The translations under genes and the position numbers were made by a program. A stretch of 64,000 nt of DNA, from positions 8,866,001-8,930,000 of the forward strand of contig NC_090338.1 of NCBI RefSeq assembly GCF_035084215.1, read 5' to 3'. The notes below the pieces were generated by a model. That model was not told the DNA's origin, did no database searches, and was given only the letters and a program-made list of their open reading frames with translations. This DNA is from Heptranchias perlo (taxonomy: Eukaryota). Of the stretch, positions 1 to 13,520 are shown one piece after another; positions within the stretch are counted from its first letter, which is position 1; the number at the start of each line of letters is the position of its first letter.

Positions 1-732
1 TACAATTTTAAAGGGGGTGCAGGAACAGAGAGACCTGGTGCACATATACAAATCTTTGAAGGTGGCAGGACAAGTTGAGAAGGCTGCTAAAAAAGCATAT
101 GGGATAGTAGGCTTTATTAATAGAAACATACAGTACGAAGGCAAGGAAGTTATGCTAAACCCTTATAAAACACTGGTCAGGCATCAGATGGAGTATAGTG
201 TTCCACACATTAGGAAGGATGTCAAGGCTTAGGGAGGGTGCAGAAGAGATTTACTAGAATGGAACCATGGATGAGGGACGACAGTTATGTGGAGAGACTA
301 GAGAAGCTGGGCTGTTCTCCTCAGAACAAAGAAGGTTAAGGTGAGATTTGATCGAGGTGTTCAAGATCATGAACGGTTTTGATGGAGTAAATAAGGAGAA
401 GCTGTTTCTGATGGCTGAAGTGTCGGTAGCCAGAGGGCATGGATTTAAGGTGATCGGCAAAAGAGCCAACGGCGACATGAGGAAACATTTGTTGACGCAG
501 CGAGTTGTAGTGATCTAGAATGCACTGCCTGAAAGGGTGGTGGAAGCAAATTCAATAGTAACTTTCAAAAGGGAATTGGATAAATACTTGAAGGCAAAAA
601 TATATAGGGCTATGGGGAAAGAGCAGGGGAATGGAACTAATTGGATATCTCTTTCAAAGAGCCGGCACAGGCACGATTGTCCGAATGGCCTCCTCCTATG
701 CTGTATCGACTATGATAATGTGATACTATGAG
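1..732 (+). mobile_element. CR1-type LINE 3' fragment (decayed ORF2 C-terminus and 3' UTR)
   Basis: Translations resemble the CR1 ORF2 tail (YKTLVRHQMEY, RELDKYLK). Ends in CCGAATGGCCTCCTCCTATGCTGT plus CTATGA-type repeats shared with other copies here. Confidence 0.85.
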
Positions 733-1040
733 ACATTAAACAGAGACCTCATCTACCCTTTCATGTGGACATAACAGATCCTACCGCACCTTTTGAAGAA
801 GAGCAGGGGAGTCCTCTCCGTGTCCTTGCCAACATTTATCCCTCTAACAGCACCTAAAAAAACATTATCTGGTCATTTATTTAATTGCTGTTTGTCGGAG
901 CTTGCTGTGCGTAAATTCACTGCGCGTTTCCTACATTACAATGGTGACTATATTTCATTAGTACTTAATTGGTTGTAAAGCGCTATGGGGCGTCCTGCGC
1001 TCACGATAGGGGCTATATAAATACAAATCTTTGTTTTTCT
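728..1040 (+). mobile_element. DeuSINE (SacSINE1/AmnSINE1-like) fragment lacking the tRNA head
   Basis: Matches the copies at 31869 and 56022 (GAAGAAGAGCAGGGGAGT..., CTTGCTGTGCG..., GCTATATAAAT tail). Confidence 0.75.
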
Positions 1041-1320
1041 TTCCATTATTAATTATTCCATGTAAATTGAGATTTAGGTCCTAATAACAATAAATGTATT
1101 GATTATATAAGATTAATCATTTCATTGCTGGGAACATTTAATTATCGTTTTAAAAAATCGTTTTATTTCATTGCATCTATCCATTTTATTGTTGTTCCTT
1201 CTATTTCAAATTTCGATCAAAAATGGTGTATGCTTTATTAGTTTAAGAGGACAAACTCACAATTGTAGCAACACTTCTATGAACTTGACCTCAATGAAAA
1301 AGAAACATATGGAATCAACG

Positions 1321-1780
1321 TAGAATCATGGAATCACATAATGATACAACACAGAAGGAGGCCATTCGGTTCTTCGTACCTGTGCTGGCTCTTTGAAAGA
1401 ACTATCCAATTAGTGCCATTCCCTCGCTCTTTCCCCATTGCCCTGCAATTTTCCCCCTTCAAGTACTTATCCAATTCGCTTTGATAATTATTAATGAATT
1501 TGAATCCACCCTCTTTCAGGCAATCCATTCCAGATCGTAACAACTCATTGTGTAAACAATTTCTCCTCATCTTGCCTCTGGTACTTTTGCCAATGGCCTT
1601 AGAGCTGTGTCCTCTGGTTACTGGCCCTTCTGCCACTGGAAGAAACAGTATCTCCTTATTTACTCAATCAAAACCCTTCATGATTTTGAACACCTCAATT
1701 AAAACTCCCTTCTCTGCTCTAAGGTGAACACCCCCACTTGTCTCGTCTCTCTATGTAATGGAAGTCCTTCCTCTCTGGTA
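1321..1780 (-). mobile_element. CR1 LINE 3' fragment, interrupted at 1780 and resuming at about 3135
   Basis: Reverse complement of the CR1 3' end at 1-732. The sequence CTCTGGTA|...TCCTGGTAAACCTCC is contiguous in the copy at about 5741-5770. Confidence 0.8.
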
Positions 1781-3134
1781 TTTTTTTTATTCATTCATGA
1801 GATGTGAGCGTCGCTGGCGAGGCCAGCATTTATTGCCCATCCCTAATTGCCCTTGACAAGGTGTTGGTGAGCCGGTTTTTGAACCGCTGCAGTCCGTGTG
1901 GTGATGATTCTCCCACAGTGCTGTTAGGAAGGGAGTTCCAGGATTTTGACCGAGCGACGATGAAGGAACGGCGATATATTTCCAAGTCGGGATGGTTTGT
2001 GACTTGGAGGGGAACGTGCAGGTGGTGTTGTTCCCATGTGCCTGCTGCTCTTGTCCTTCTAGGTGATAGAGGTCGCGGGTTTGTGAGGTGCTTTTGAAGA
2101 CGCCTTGGCGAGTTGCTGCAGTGCATCCTGTGGATGGTACACACTGCAGCCACTGTGCGCCGGTGATGAAAGGAGTGAATGTTTAAGGTGATGGATGGGG
2201 TGCCAATCAAGCGGGCACTTTGACTTGGATGGTGTCAAGCTTCTTGAGTATTGTTGGAGCTGCACACATCCAGTGGAAAGTATTCCATCACACTCCTGAC
2301 TTGTGCCTTGTAGATGGTGGAAAGGTTTTGGGGTGTCAGGAGGTGAGTCACTCGCCGCAGAATACCCAGACTCTGACCTGCTGTTGTAGCCACAGTATTT
2401 ATATGGCTGGTCCAGTTAAGTTTCTGGTCAATGGTGACCCCCAGGATGTGATGGTGGGGGATTCGGCGATGGTAATGCAATTGAATGTCAAGGGGAGGTG
2501 GTTAGACTCTCTCTTGTCGGAGATGGTCATTGCCTGGTATTTGTCTGGCGCGAATGTTACTTGCCAATTATCAGCCCAAGCCTGGATGTTGCCCAGATCT
2601 TGCTGCATGCGGGCTCGGACTGCTTCATTGTTTGAAGGGTTGCGAATGGAACTGAACACTGTGCAATCATCAGCGAACATCCCCATTTCTGACCTTATGA
2701 TGGAGGGAAAGTCATTGATGAAGCAGCTGAAGATGGTTGGGCTTGGGAGACTGCCCTGAGGAACTCCTGCAGCAATATCCTGGGGCTGAGATGATTGGCC
2801 TCCAAGAACCACTACCATCTTCCTTTGTTCTAGGTATGATTCCAGCCACTGGAGAGTTTCCCCCCTGATTCCCATTGACGTGTTGGCAATGGTAGAGTGG
2901 GGAATATGCCAGTCCATGAGGTTATAGATTGTGCTGAAATACAATTCTGCTGCTGATGATGGCCCACAGCGCCTGATGGTTGCCCAGTTTTGAGCTGCAA
3001 GATCTGTTCTGAATCTATCCCATTTAGCACGGTGCTGGTGCCGCAAGGACTGCGCGGTGGTCACTCCTACCAATCTGTCATGGGCAGATGCATTTGCGAC
3101 AGATAGATTTGTGAGGACGAGCTCAAGTAAGTTT
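1781..3134 (-). mobile_element. Second Jockey-group LINE family (RT C-terminal half and 3' end), internally deleted, nested in CR1
   Basis: Minus-strand translation shows GVPQGS, FADD and IYKAQVRSVMEY. Poly-T (A-tail) at 1780-1788. Same family as 3551, 14085 and 31220. Confidence 0.85.
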
Positions 3135-3410
3135 ATCCTGGTAAACCTCCTCTGTACCCACTCCAAGGCCTTGACAAAGCGTTGTGCCCAGAATCGGAAA
3201 CAATATTCCAGCTGGGCCCTAACTAGTGATTCATAAAAATTTAGCATAATTTCCTTGCTTTTGTACTCTGTTTGTAAAGCAAAAGATAAGGTATGCTTTT
3301 GTAACAGCTTCCTCAATTTACCCTGTCACCTTCAAAGATTTGTGTATGCACACCGCCAGGTCTCTCAGTTCCAGCACCGCCTTTTAAATTGTAACATTTA
3401 GTTTATATTT
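3135..3410 (-). mobile_element. Continuation of the CR1 fragment split by the nested LINE
   Basis: Translates as YKSKEIMLNFYESLVRAQLEYC, i.e. CR1 ORF2 C-terminal region. Confidence 0.75.
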
Positions 3411-3550
3411 CCAACGTCAACAAGTGGAATCAACATCAGAAGTGGAATGGAAGAGTCCTTGTATAAAATATGCTGATCGAAGACAGATCATGTCGTTTCA
3501 AAAGTAGCGATCTTGCCTGGCCAACCTCGCATAGTTTTATTTTAAGAATT

Positions 3551-4617
3551 AGGCCTCCTAAAACAAACACTACAATCTTCCTTTGTGCTAGGTATGACTT
3601 CAGCCACTGGAGAGTTTTCCCCCTGATTCCCATTGACTTCAATTTTACTAGGGCTCCTTGGTGCCACACTCGGTCAAATGCTGCCTTGATGTCAAGGGCA
3701 GTCACTCTCACCTCACCTCTGGAATTGAGCTCTTTTGTCCATGTTTCGACCAAGGCTGTAATGAGGTCTGGAGCAGAGTAGTCCTGGTAGAACCCAAACT
3801 GAGCATCAGTGCGCAGGTTATTGCTGAGTAAGTGCCGCTTGATAGCATTGTCGACGACACCTTCCATCATTTTGCTGATGATTGAGAGTAGGCTGATGGG
3901 GCGGTAATTGGCTGGATTGGAATTATCCTGCTTTTTGTGGACACGACATACCTGGGCAATTTTACTCATTGTCGGGTAGATGCCAGTGTTGTAACTGCAC
4001 TGGAACAGTTCGGCTAGAGGCGCAGATAATTCTGGAGCACAAGTCTTCAGTACTACAGCCGGGATGTTTTCAGGGCCCATAGCCTTTGCTGTATCCATTG
4101 CACTCAGCTTCTTGATTTTACGTGAAGTGATTCGAATTCGCTGAAGACTGGCTTCTGTGCTGATGGGGATATTGGGAGGAGGCCGAGATGGATCATCCGC
4201 TCGGCACTTCTGGCTGAAGATGGTTGCCAATGCTTCAGCCTTGTGTTTTGAACTCATGTGCTGGACTCTGCTATCTTTGAGGATGGGGGATGTTTACAGA
4301 GCCTCCTCCTCCCGTTAGTTGTTTAATTGTCCACCACCATTCACGACTGGATGTGGCAGGACTGCAGAGCTTTGATCTGATCCGTTGGTTGTGGAATCGC
4401 TTAGCTCGTCTATAGCATGTTGCTTCCACTGTTTAGCACGCATGTCGTCTTGAGTTGTAGCTTCATCAGGTTGGCACCTCATTTTTAGGTATGCCTGTTG
4501 CTGCTGATGGCATGCTCTTCTTCACTCCTCATTGAACCAGGGTTGATCCCCTAGCTTGTTGGTAATGGTAGAGTGAGGAATATGCCGGGCCATGAGGTTA
4601 CAGATGATGCTGGAATT
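3551..4617 (-). mobile_element. Jockey-group LINE reverse-transcriptase fragment
   Basis: ORF 3436-4257(-) contains KAMGPENIP, NYRPISLLS, QFGF and LDIKAAFDRVWH (RT domains 0-3). Confidence 0.9.
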
Positions 4618-5291
4618 ACATGGCATGCGTCCTTGTTTAACTGGGTATTCGTCCTTCCATTAAGAAAGGTCCTCTTTTCATCTCTTATCACTGATACTGC
4701 ACTTCTATTTTCTCTTGATTCAAGATAAATATCTCTAACATATCAACTTTCACATTTTCTAATAGAATACCAAAACACTTGAAATCTAATTTCGCATGCC
4801 TATCTCACGTTCAACCTACATTTTTTCTAACTTCTATTTATCCTATCCATGCCATTGTAATTCGTGCTCCTTCAAATAATCTTCCCTTGTTTCTCCTACG
4901 GAAGCTCTCATACACCATCATGCATTTCCATTTTATGAAACCAAGTCCCATGATGCTGTATTCTGGACACGCTCATGTTTCTCTGGATATCTGCGCTGTG
5001 ATACACTTTACAATTTCCTCCTACAATCCACAGTTTTTTTGCAGCCAAACTAGGTAGTGCAAGTTCATTATTTCCTGCTCCAACACTTCAGCATGATGCT
5101 CCATTATGTTATTTGATCCATCATCTAGTTTTTTTCTTCATTTAAAAAAATACACGCATTGTTCTGTCCTTCTACTACAGTGCTCCTTTAGCTTGCCATG
5201 AAGATGCAGTGCGAGAAAAGATCAATCACTTAACAATGGACATCTTTGATGGATGTCTATTTATAAAACATCAATCAGCAGTGGACCTTCT

Positions 5292-7130
5292 AGAATCGTA
5301 GATTCCTAGAATCTTACAGCACAAAAGGAGGCCATTCGGCCTGTCGTGCCTGTGCCGGCTCTTTGAAAGAGCTGTCCAAGTTAATCCCACACCCCATCTT
5401 TCGCCCCAAAAGCCTGCAAATTACTCCTCTTCAAGTACATGTCCAATTAGCTTTGGAAATTTCCTGTGAAATCTGTTTCCACCATTCTTTCAGGTAGTGC
5501 TTTCCAGAGTTTAACATCCCTCTGTGTGAACAAAAATTATCCTAATTTCCTCTAGTTTATTTTAAATCTGTGACCTCTGGTTATCGACCCACTTGCCAGA
5601 GGAAACATTTTCTACCTACTTGTTCTATCAAAACGCCTCATAATTTTGAATTCCTCCATTAGGTCTCTCGTTAGCCTCCTCTGCTCCAAGGAGAACAATC
5701 CCAGCTTCTCCAGTCTCTCCGTATAATTGAAGCACCTCATCCCTGGTATCATCCTGGTAAACCTCCTCTGTACCCTTTCCAATGCCTTGACATCCTCCCT
5801 AAATTGTGGTGCCTAGAAATGTACACAATACTCCAGCTGAGGCCTAACCAGTGATTTGTAAAGGTTTAGCTTGACTTCTTTTTGTATTCAATGCCCCTAT
5901 TTACAAAGTCAAATATCCCATACCTTTCATTACCACCTGATCAACTTGCCCTGCAAAGATTTGTGAATATGCACATCCAGGTCACTTTGCTCTTGCACCC
6001 CCTCAAAATAATACCAGTTAGATTATACTGTCCCTCCATGTTGTTCCTCCCAAAGTGCATCACTTCACACTTGTCCACATTAAATTGTATCTACCATGTG
6101 TCTGCCCATTTCACAAACATGTCTATATCCTCCTAAAGCCTGCTACTGTTCAGTATTTACTACGTTGCCAAGTTTTGTATCATCCGCAAACTTCGAAATT
6201 GCACTCCCTATTCCCAAGTCCAGGTCATTTATATAAAACAAGAAAAGCAATGATCCTAATAGCGATCCCTGTGAGACCACACTGCATACTTCTCTCTAGT
6301 CAAGAAAACATCCGTTCACCACTACACCCTGCCTCCTATTCCATAGCCAATTACGATCCCAAGTTACCACCGTCCCTTTAATTCCGTGTGCTTCTATTTT
6401 CCGAATAACTCTGTTATGTGGTACTTCATCAGATACCTTTTGAAATTCCATATGTACAAGATATTACCTTCATCAACCCCCTATGTTACTTCGTCAAAGA
6501 ACTCAATCAGGTTAGTCAGACACGATTTGTCTTTAGCAAATTTGTGCTGGCTGTCCCTTATTAACCCGTGCTTCTCCAAGTGAGAATTCATTTTGTCCTT
6601 GACAATTGTCTCTAGTAATTTTCCCACCACTGAAGTTAGACTGACTGGTCTGTAGTTACAAAGTTTATCCCTCTCCCCTTTTTAAAACAGGCATGTAACA
6701 TTTGCAATCCGACAGTCCTCTGCCACCACTCCCATGTCCAAGGAAGATTGAAAGATTGTGGTCAGAGCTTCTGCTATCGCCACCCCAGTTTCCCTCAACA
6801 TCCTAGGATACCTGGACCTGGTACCTTGTTAACTTCGGGTGATGACAACTTATTAAGCACCTCCTTTCTATCTATTCATATCTTATCCAATATCTCTACT
6901 CCCCCTCCTCTACTGCAACATTAACTTCATCCTCTTCTTTGGTGAAGACAGATGCAAAGTAGTCATTCGGCATCTCAGTCATGCCTTTTGCCTCCACAAG
7001 AATAATTATTTTTTTGTCCCTAGTCATTCCCACCATCCTTTAAATACCCTTCTACTTTTTACATGTTTATAAAAGATTTTTGAGCTCCCTTTTATCTTAC
7101 CCGCTAACCTTCGTGTAGCTTATGGCTTTT
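5292..7130 (-). mobile_element. Decayed CR1 LINE (RT region to 3' UTR)
   Basis: Antisense CR1 3' tail at 5292-5400, then sequence homologous to the + strand CR1 at 44000-45470. Confidence 0.8.
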
Positions 7131-7719
7131 TCAGTTCCTCTTTTAGGGATTGGATATATTTTCTAAGACAATTTTCGAATTAAATATATCACATATTAGG
7201 TAATAAATGTATCACATATTAGCCAAATATGTGTAGAAATGGAAAATTGATAATCCACTAGCTTCTCCTGAAATTTTGCTGTATTGCGTACTGAATCGTT
7301 GTCTTTCCCAAAATGTATTTGATACTTATGAGCTATGTTATTCAGGATGTTTTAGAAGCTTTGTGTGAAGATATCTGAAATTCTTCTAATGAAAACAGTG
7401 TTCAGAATACCTAAACAGTTTCTTAATTTTGTTTTGGTAATCGGCTCAAGCCGCACATTTTGTTTTGAATTTCCATTCCTTTAAGAGCACAATGTACTCG
7501 ATAGCATTGCATTTACTTGCTTCACACTTTCGTTGGCATCGAGAACGAATACTAAAAGTTTATTTTTAAATTAATTTGCGGTTTATGGTCGTCAAAACTA
7601 TCGTACTGTAATCAATATTCTCCTAGTTGTTCTTAACGATATTAGAAGATTGTAATACTTGGTTAGCGTCCATTATCCTTAAGATTTTTGTTACTTGAAT
7701 TTATGAAAAATATGTATAA

Positions 7720-9853
7720 ACGCTTGGAAATTTAAGCAGACAATACATGAATACAAATTCATGATCTCAATGATAATTTGCCCAGTTTCCCAAGCGGGAA
7801 ATTGCGTTTGGAAATCGTGGAGTCTGCAGTACCGGGAGCACGCTTTCTTTTCAAAAACGCACACGACCCTGACATACATACCAAGTCTATCCGTACCTAG
7901 CAGCTCAGTCGAAATTAGTATTTTACAATGGATGTGCAGTCTCATGGAGAATGAAAATTAACAGAATTGGTGCTGGACAAGTCCTTATACTGAGAAAATC
8001 AGCCCAGTTACCAGCTATTGCTAATGGTGATTTTCGACGGCTCGTTGGAACGGTCAGGTACCGCACTCATAACTGTTACTGTTTTAGACACTAACGACAA
8101 CGCTCCAGTCTTTTACTAGTCGCTCTATACGGTCAGTCTGATGGAAAATGTCCCTTTGGGCACTTTGCTGATTAAATTTAACGCCACCAATTTAGATGAA
8201 GGACCCAACGGTGAGATTGTCCACTCGTTCAGTAATCACAGTGAAGAGAGGGTGTGTGAATTATTCAACGTTTATCACCAGACCGACGAAATTAGGTTAA
8301 AAGGGACCAGTGGATTTTGAAGAATCAAGTGTGTATGAGATTAATATAGAGGCAAAAGACAATGCTCCACATAATTTCCGGTCCATTTTATAACATTGGT
8401 GACTATCAAAGATGTAAATGATAACGCTCCCGATTTAACTCCAATTTCAGTGTTCAACACAGTGAGTGAGGACATACAGTCTGGAACTATGATAGCTTTG
8501 ATCAGTATAACTGACCCAGATTCCTAGGAAAATGGCCATACTGAATACAAGATTCCAGAAATTCTCCCGTTCAACTTCAAATCTTCCTTTACAAATTCAT
8601 ACAGATGGTGTATTAGACCGAGAATCTGTTTCTGAATAAAGAAATAACTATTATGTGCAAGGGCACAGGGTCTTCTCCTCTGTCCACCAAAAAAACCATT
8701 ATGTATATTTCAGACGTAAATGACAACCCGCCTCGCTTTTCATAATCTTCAGATACAACCTACGTGATGGAGAACAATGCGCCTGGGACATCGATATGCT
8801 CAGTGCCAGCTTTGGATCTTGACATGGACGAACATTCTCACATTTCTTACTCTGTCCAGGACAACCGAATCCACGGGATGCCAATGTCCTCATATATTTC
8901 CGTAAACTCAGATAATGTTACAATTTTTTCTCAAATGCCATTTGATTATGACACACATAAAACTTCCAGATTCATGCCCATGCTCAAGATGATGGATATT
9001 CGCCGCTGAGTAGCAACGTTACAGTGACTGTAATTATTCTTGATCAGAATGATAATGCTCCTGTAATAATATCTCCTGCGACAAGGAACAGCTCTCATAT
9101 GACGATTCCTCGATCTGCAGAACCAGTCTATTTGGTGGCCAAAATAGTCGCTATCGATACTAATTCTGGCCAGAATGCATGCCTTTCCCATCAGCTAATC
9201 GAACCTTCTGATCCAAGAGTTGTTAGCATGTCACGGAGCTCTGGTGAAATTAGAACTATTCGTCGATTTAAAGACAACGATGCCCTCAAACAAAAGCTAG
9301 TTATTGTGGTGAAAGACAATAGGCACCCCCTCTCTCAACCAAAGCCACCATTGCACTTTTAGCCGTACATAACGTTGCTGAAGTTATTACTGATTACAGC
9401 GACCCACCCGCAGAATAAGAACAATCTTCCAATTCACACTTTTATATTATCAAATCTTTGGGTGGAATATCATCCACATTCTGGTGACGGTAATAGTTTT
9501 TTATTGTTACCATGTGCTACGCAAAACGAAGCTCTGCTCGGGACATCGGTTCGGTTTCCACAGGCTGAACGACAGAAAATTAAAATAATGGGTTCCAAAA
9601 TTTTAATTTCAACCTGTAGTTAATGCCAATAGCAACGATCATCACAAATTTTGTTGAGGTTCCTGGTTCTGGTTCCGGATCTGAGACTTTGTATGTTAAA
9701 GTGCAATCAGCATCTGAATAACCATAAATGGATTTGCATGTTGTTAACACCATTCAGCCTAGGAACAACCCAAAGCATGAACAAAGGTATGGGAAGATAT
9801 TTGGGAGAATATATTGCAATGCAACGAATTGCAGGCCCGATATAAGTACTGAG
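7720..9853 (+). pseudogene. Clustered protocadherin variable-exon pseudogene (end of EC1 to cytoplasmic region)
   Basis: Cadherin motifs DLNDNLPSF, VLDTNDNAP, DVNDNAP, ILDQNDNAP and PRSAEP are collinear with the intact exons. In-frame stops at about 7952, 8117 and 8525 plus frameshifts. Retains GAG|GTGAGC at 9853. No signal peptide, EC1 start or CSE found. Confidence 0.9.
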
Positions 9854-11469
9854 GTGAGCAATATATCCATTCTACAAAAAATATCATGAATTAATATAAT
9901 ATTATAGCCTATTAATTCTTTACTGGTTTCATGCGTTTAACTTGCCAGTCTGCCACTGGCATTTAAACGGGCATCACTTAATACGGTAATGATCGAAAAA
10001 TCCACGTTCTTTTTCAAAAAAAAGAAGCATTTGTTAGCTGAAGATCCATTTGCTGTCTCGGGTATAGCCTGGTACCAAGCCAAACGACTTCGCACGGAAG
10101 CTAAACGTGGAAAATAAAGCGGGGTGACTCCTAAGCGGAATAAGACTCCTTTCTCCACGAAAGGCTTACTCCGTTCGGTCTGAGTGTGAAGTCGGGCCCT
10201 GATACCAGATTCAGGGCCCATTTAAACTATAACTGCAGCATCTGCCAAAGGAAATGGTTATTTTGCAAATGCACTGTTAACCATATATCTAACGTTGAAG
10301 AGATTAATTTGTGATATGTCTCGAAATAACTTTAGCGCGCAAAAAAAGTATTTTTGTTCAACTTGACAAGATTTCACAAGCAATAGCGGCACAGCAGATA
10401 AAATGTTCAATGAAATACTATTAGCAAAGGCATCTAAACAATCAAAAACAATAAAAAGCTACTGACAGTTTTACGATAGTTAATATTTAACTTATACATT
10501 GAAGTATATTTCCCTTTGAATATAAAGTTAAGGAAACATATCTTGCTAAACTAAAATTATAAACTGATGGCAGTTTAGCCTAAGTGTCGCATCCCCGCCT
10601 CTCCGCCCTAATATATCCCATTGTAATGCAATGGCTGAAAATACTTCATCTTGTGCAGAACGAATAGAGGCCCAAGTTAGTAGACCGCTTCATTTTTTTA
10701 TCGAAGTATACTCCATTTATATTCTCCTCCATTTGCTTTCCCGTTTTTCTCTGGAATGGTACTTTCGTACAGCAGTTTTTTTTTGCATGCTCCTTAAAGA
10801 GTCCAAATTGTAATGTCTCCAAATTACTGAGATCCGAATCACTTAATCTCGATTTTCTGGAGCCAGTAAACTGACAATCGTAATTAATACCAATGTATAG
10901 ATCAGTTACCCCAATTAGTTTTGGCGATCTGTAATGCACGAAAATTCTGAAAACTATTTTTGTTTCTTTTTGCATTTTGTTGAAGGAGTATTGCTGTAAG
11001 ATAAACAGTGTCAGTGATGAGGCACCGAACTTTTGTTTTCTTTTTGTATCCAGTGTCACGATCAAGATAACAGAGCCAGCTATATCATGGGTGGGAGGCG
11101 CAAAGTTTTTTCTGTAGCTAACTTCAAAGATGTGTTTACGACAAACCTCTGAATAATGCATTCACTTGAGATACCTGCACATATGTACTTCTCAAGCAAG
11201 CCATCCTTGTAAGACTGCCTTACAGACTATGGAGGAGTATTGTGGACTTAAATGCGAATCAAACACTTGAAATCCCCCAAAGTAATCCCGTCTTCGTCGC
11301 ACCTCCTGGAATTTGCTTCAAGATCATTACAGGCTCGAAATTGAGGGTTGGCGCATGGTCTGGGGGGAAATAAACGACCAAAAAATATATTCAGGAGTCT
11401 GTAACAATAAACAATTTTAGTGAAGGAGCTTATCATTTGCCTCACAAGGGAAGAATCACGTTAAAATCT

Positions 11470-12530
11470 TTATCATAGTAGGTGCAGCACAGGAGGAGGC
11501 CATTCGGCCCATCGTGCCAGTACCGACTCTTTGAAAGAGCTAATCAGTTCGTCCCATTCCCTTACTCTTTCCCCATAGCCCTCTAAATGTTTTGCATTCA
11601 AGTATTTATCTAATTCCCTTTTGAAGGTTAATATTGGATCTGCTTCCACCGCCCTTCCAGGCAATGCATTTCAGATTATTACCATTCACTACGTAAAAAA
11701 TGTTTCCTCAGGTCAACACTGGCTGTTTTGCCGATCACCTTAAATCTGTGACCTCTGATTACGGACATTTCTTCCACTGGAAATAGTTTCTCCTTATTTA
11801 CTCTATCAAAAGCGTTCTTGATCGTGAACACCTCTACCAAATTTCCGTTTAAACTTCTCTGTTCTAAGGAGAACAACCGCAGCTTCTCCACTCTCTCCAC
11901 ATAACTGATGTCCCTCATCCCTAGTGGCAGTCGAGTAATCTCTTCTGTATCTTTTCTAAGGCCATGACATCCTTTCTATAGCGTGGTGCCCAGAATTGAA
12001 CACTATATTCCAGCTGAGGCGTAACCAGTGCTTTATAAAGGTTTAGCATTACTTCCTTGCTTTATACTCTACCCAGGATCCCATATGCTTTTTGACAGTC
12101 TTCTCAACTTCTCCTGCAACCTTCAAAGGTTTGTGTATGTGCACCAAGTCTCTCTGTTCCTGCACCCCCTTTAAAATTGTACCATTTAGTTAATATTGCC
12201 TCCCTTCATTCTTCCTACCCAAATGCATCAACTCACACTTCTTTGCGTTAGATTTCATCTGCTATGTGTCTGCCTATTTCACCAGTCTATGTCCTCCTGA
12301 AGTCTGGTATTATCCTCCAAATTGTTTACTACACTTGCGCGTTTCATGTCATCTGCACACTTTGAAACTCAAAACTCTATAACGAAGTCCAGATCATTAA
12401 TAGATAACAAAAAGCGAACAACCCTCTCAGTTAATTCATCAAAGAACTCAATCAAGTTAGTCAAACACGATTTTACTTTGACAAATCCATGCTGACTTTC
12501 AATTATTAGCCCATAATTTTCCATATAAAA
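11470..12530 (-). mobile_element. Decayed CR1 LINE 3' part
   Basis: Minus-strand peptides QHGFVKVKSCLTNLIEFFDE, LFSLEQRSL and RELDKYL, followed by a CR1 tail. Confidence 0.85.
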
Positions 12531-12599
12531 GGGAACTGAGTGGAATAGCAACTTAGACCGAGTTCCAATCCTTTCTGTCATTACAGAAATATCAAGTTC

Positions 12600-12900
12600 C
12601 CTCCAATAATGTTTTTCTCTTGTGCTTCATGGACATTGCTGGTGTACGCCAGGGTTCCATCCGTCACTGCCTTCTCCATGTATTTTGTTCTCTCTCTTAC
12701 CTTTTGGCAACATTATCTGGAGGCATAGGCCGAGTTTCCACATGTATGCTGACCAGATACAGGTGCACCTCTCCACCTCGTCCATCGATTATAAAGTTGT
12801 TTGCAATCTCTCCGTTGCTTGTCTGATATTAATACCTCGTTGCGCAGCGAATATTTCTTCAGACAAATGTCATCAAACCTGAATTGCTGCTGCCCACGAC
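12600..12900 (+). mobile_element. L2-type LINE RT remnant
   Basis: Degenerate GVxQGS and FHMYADxxQ motifs. Confidence 0.55.
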
Positions 12901-13422
12901 CTTCATTTTTCTTCTTCCTACTTGGTCTCTATTTCTTCTCTAATAACTTTTCAAGCATTCTGAGAATTGTCCTGGTACATGACCATATATCAAATGGAAG
13001 CTATTGTCTTTGTTGAAGGGCCTGAGTCGCAATTTGAGTGAGTAGCAAAAAAAAACCCTCCTCCATTGATCCATTCTGTTATGCCACTATGATTCACATT
13101 ACTTTCCACGACAACAAAGACAGAATAATTTCAGAGGAAACTAAACTTTAGTACAAAGCTATATGTTGGTAACATGTTTAGCGTTGCACAGTTTCCTGAC
13201 GGCCCTTTCGATGATTGTTGGATCACTTACTCTTTTTTGCGCATCAAAAGAAATGTAATTCTTTATTTGTTGATTCATAACTGTTGTTCTATTTAATAGG
13301 TAGCTTTGTTTGCTGACTTAAGTTTTGGCCAGAAACATTTGGCGTTTTCACTTTTTTTTGGTGAAGTTCAGCTTCTCAATGGTTTGTCTTGTTTAACTCA
13401 CACTATCCCTTTCTCATCTTCC

Positions 13423-13520
13423 AGTTCTGACGAAAAGTCATCGACCTGAAACGTTAACTCTGTTTCTTTCTCCACAGATGCTGCCTGACTTGCTGAGGTT
13501 CTCCAGCATTTTCTGTCTAT
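13423..13520 (+). mobile_element. PLE terminal-repeat remnant with minimal type-I hammerhead ribozyme motif (13423-13459)
   Basis: AGTT-CTGACGA-A-AAGTC-ATC-GACCT-GAAAC-GTT-AACT, followed by a CAGATGCTGCCTGAC...CCAGCATTTTCTG tail also present at 24510. Confidence 0.7.

Noticed and set aside
2399-3316. 305-aa ORF as a novel RT fusion gene
   Set aside because: Chance in-frame join of a CR1 piece and an internally deleted nested LINE.
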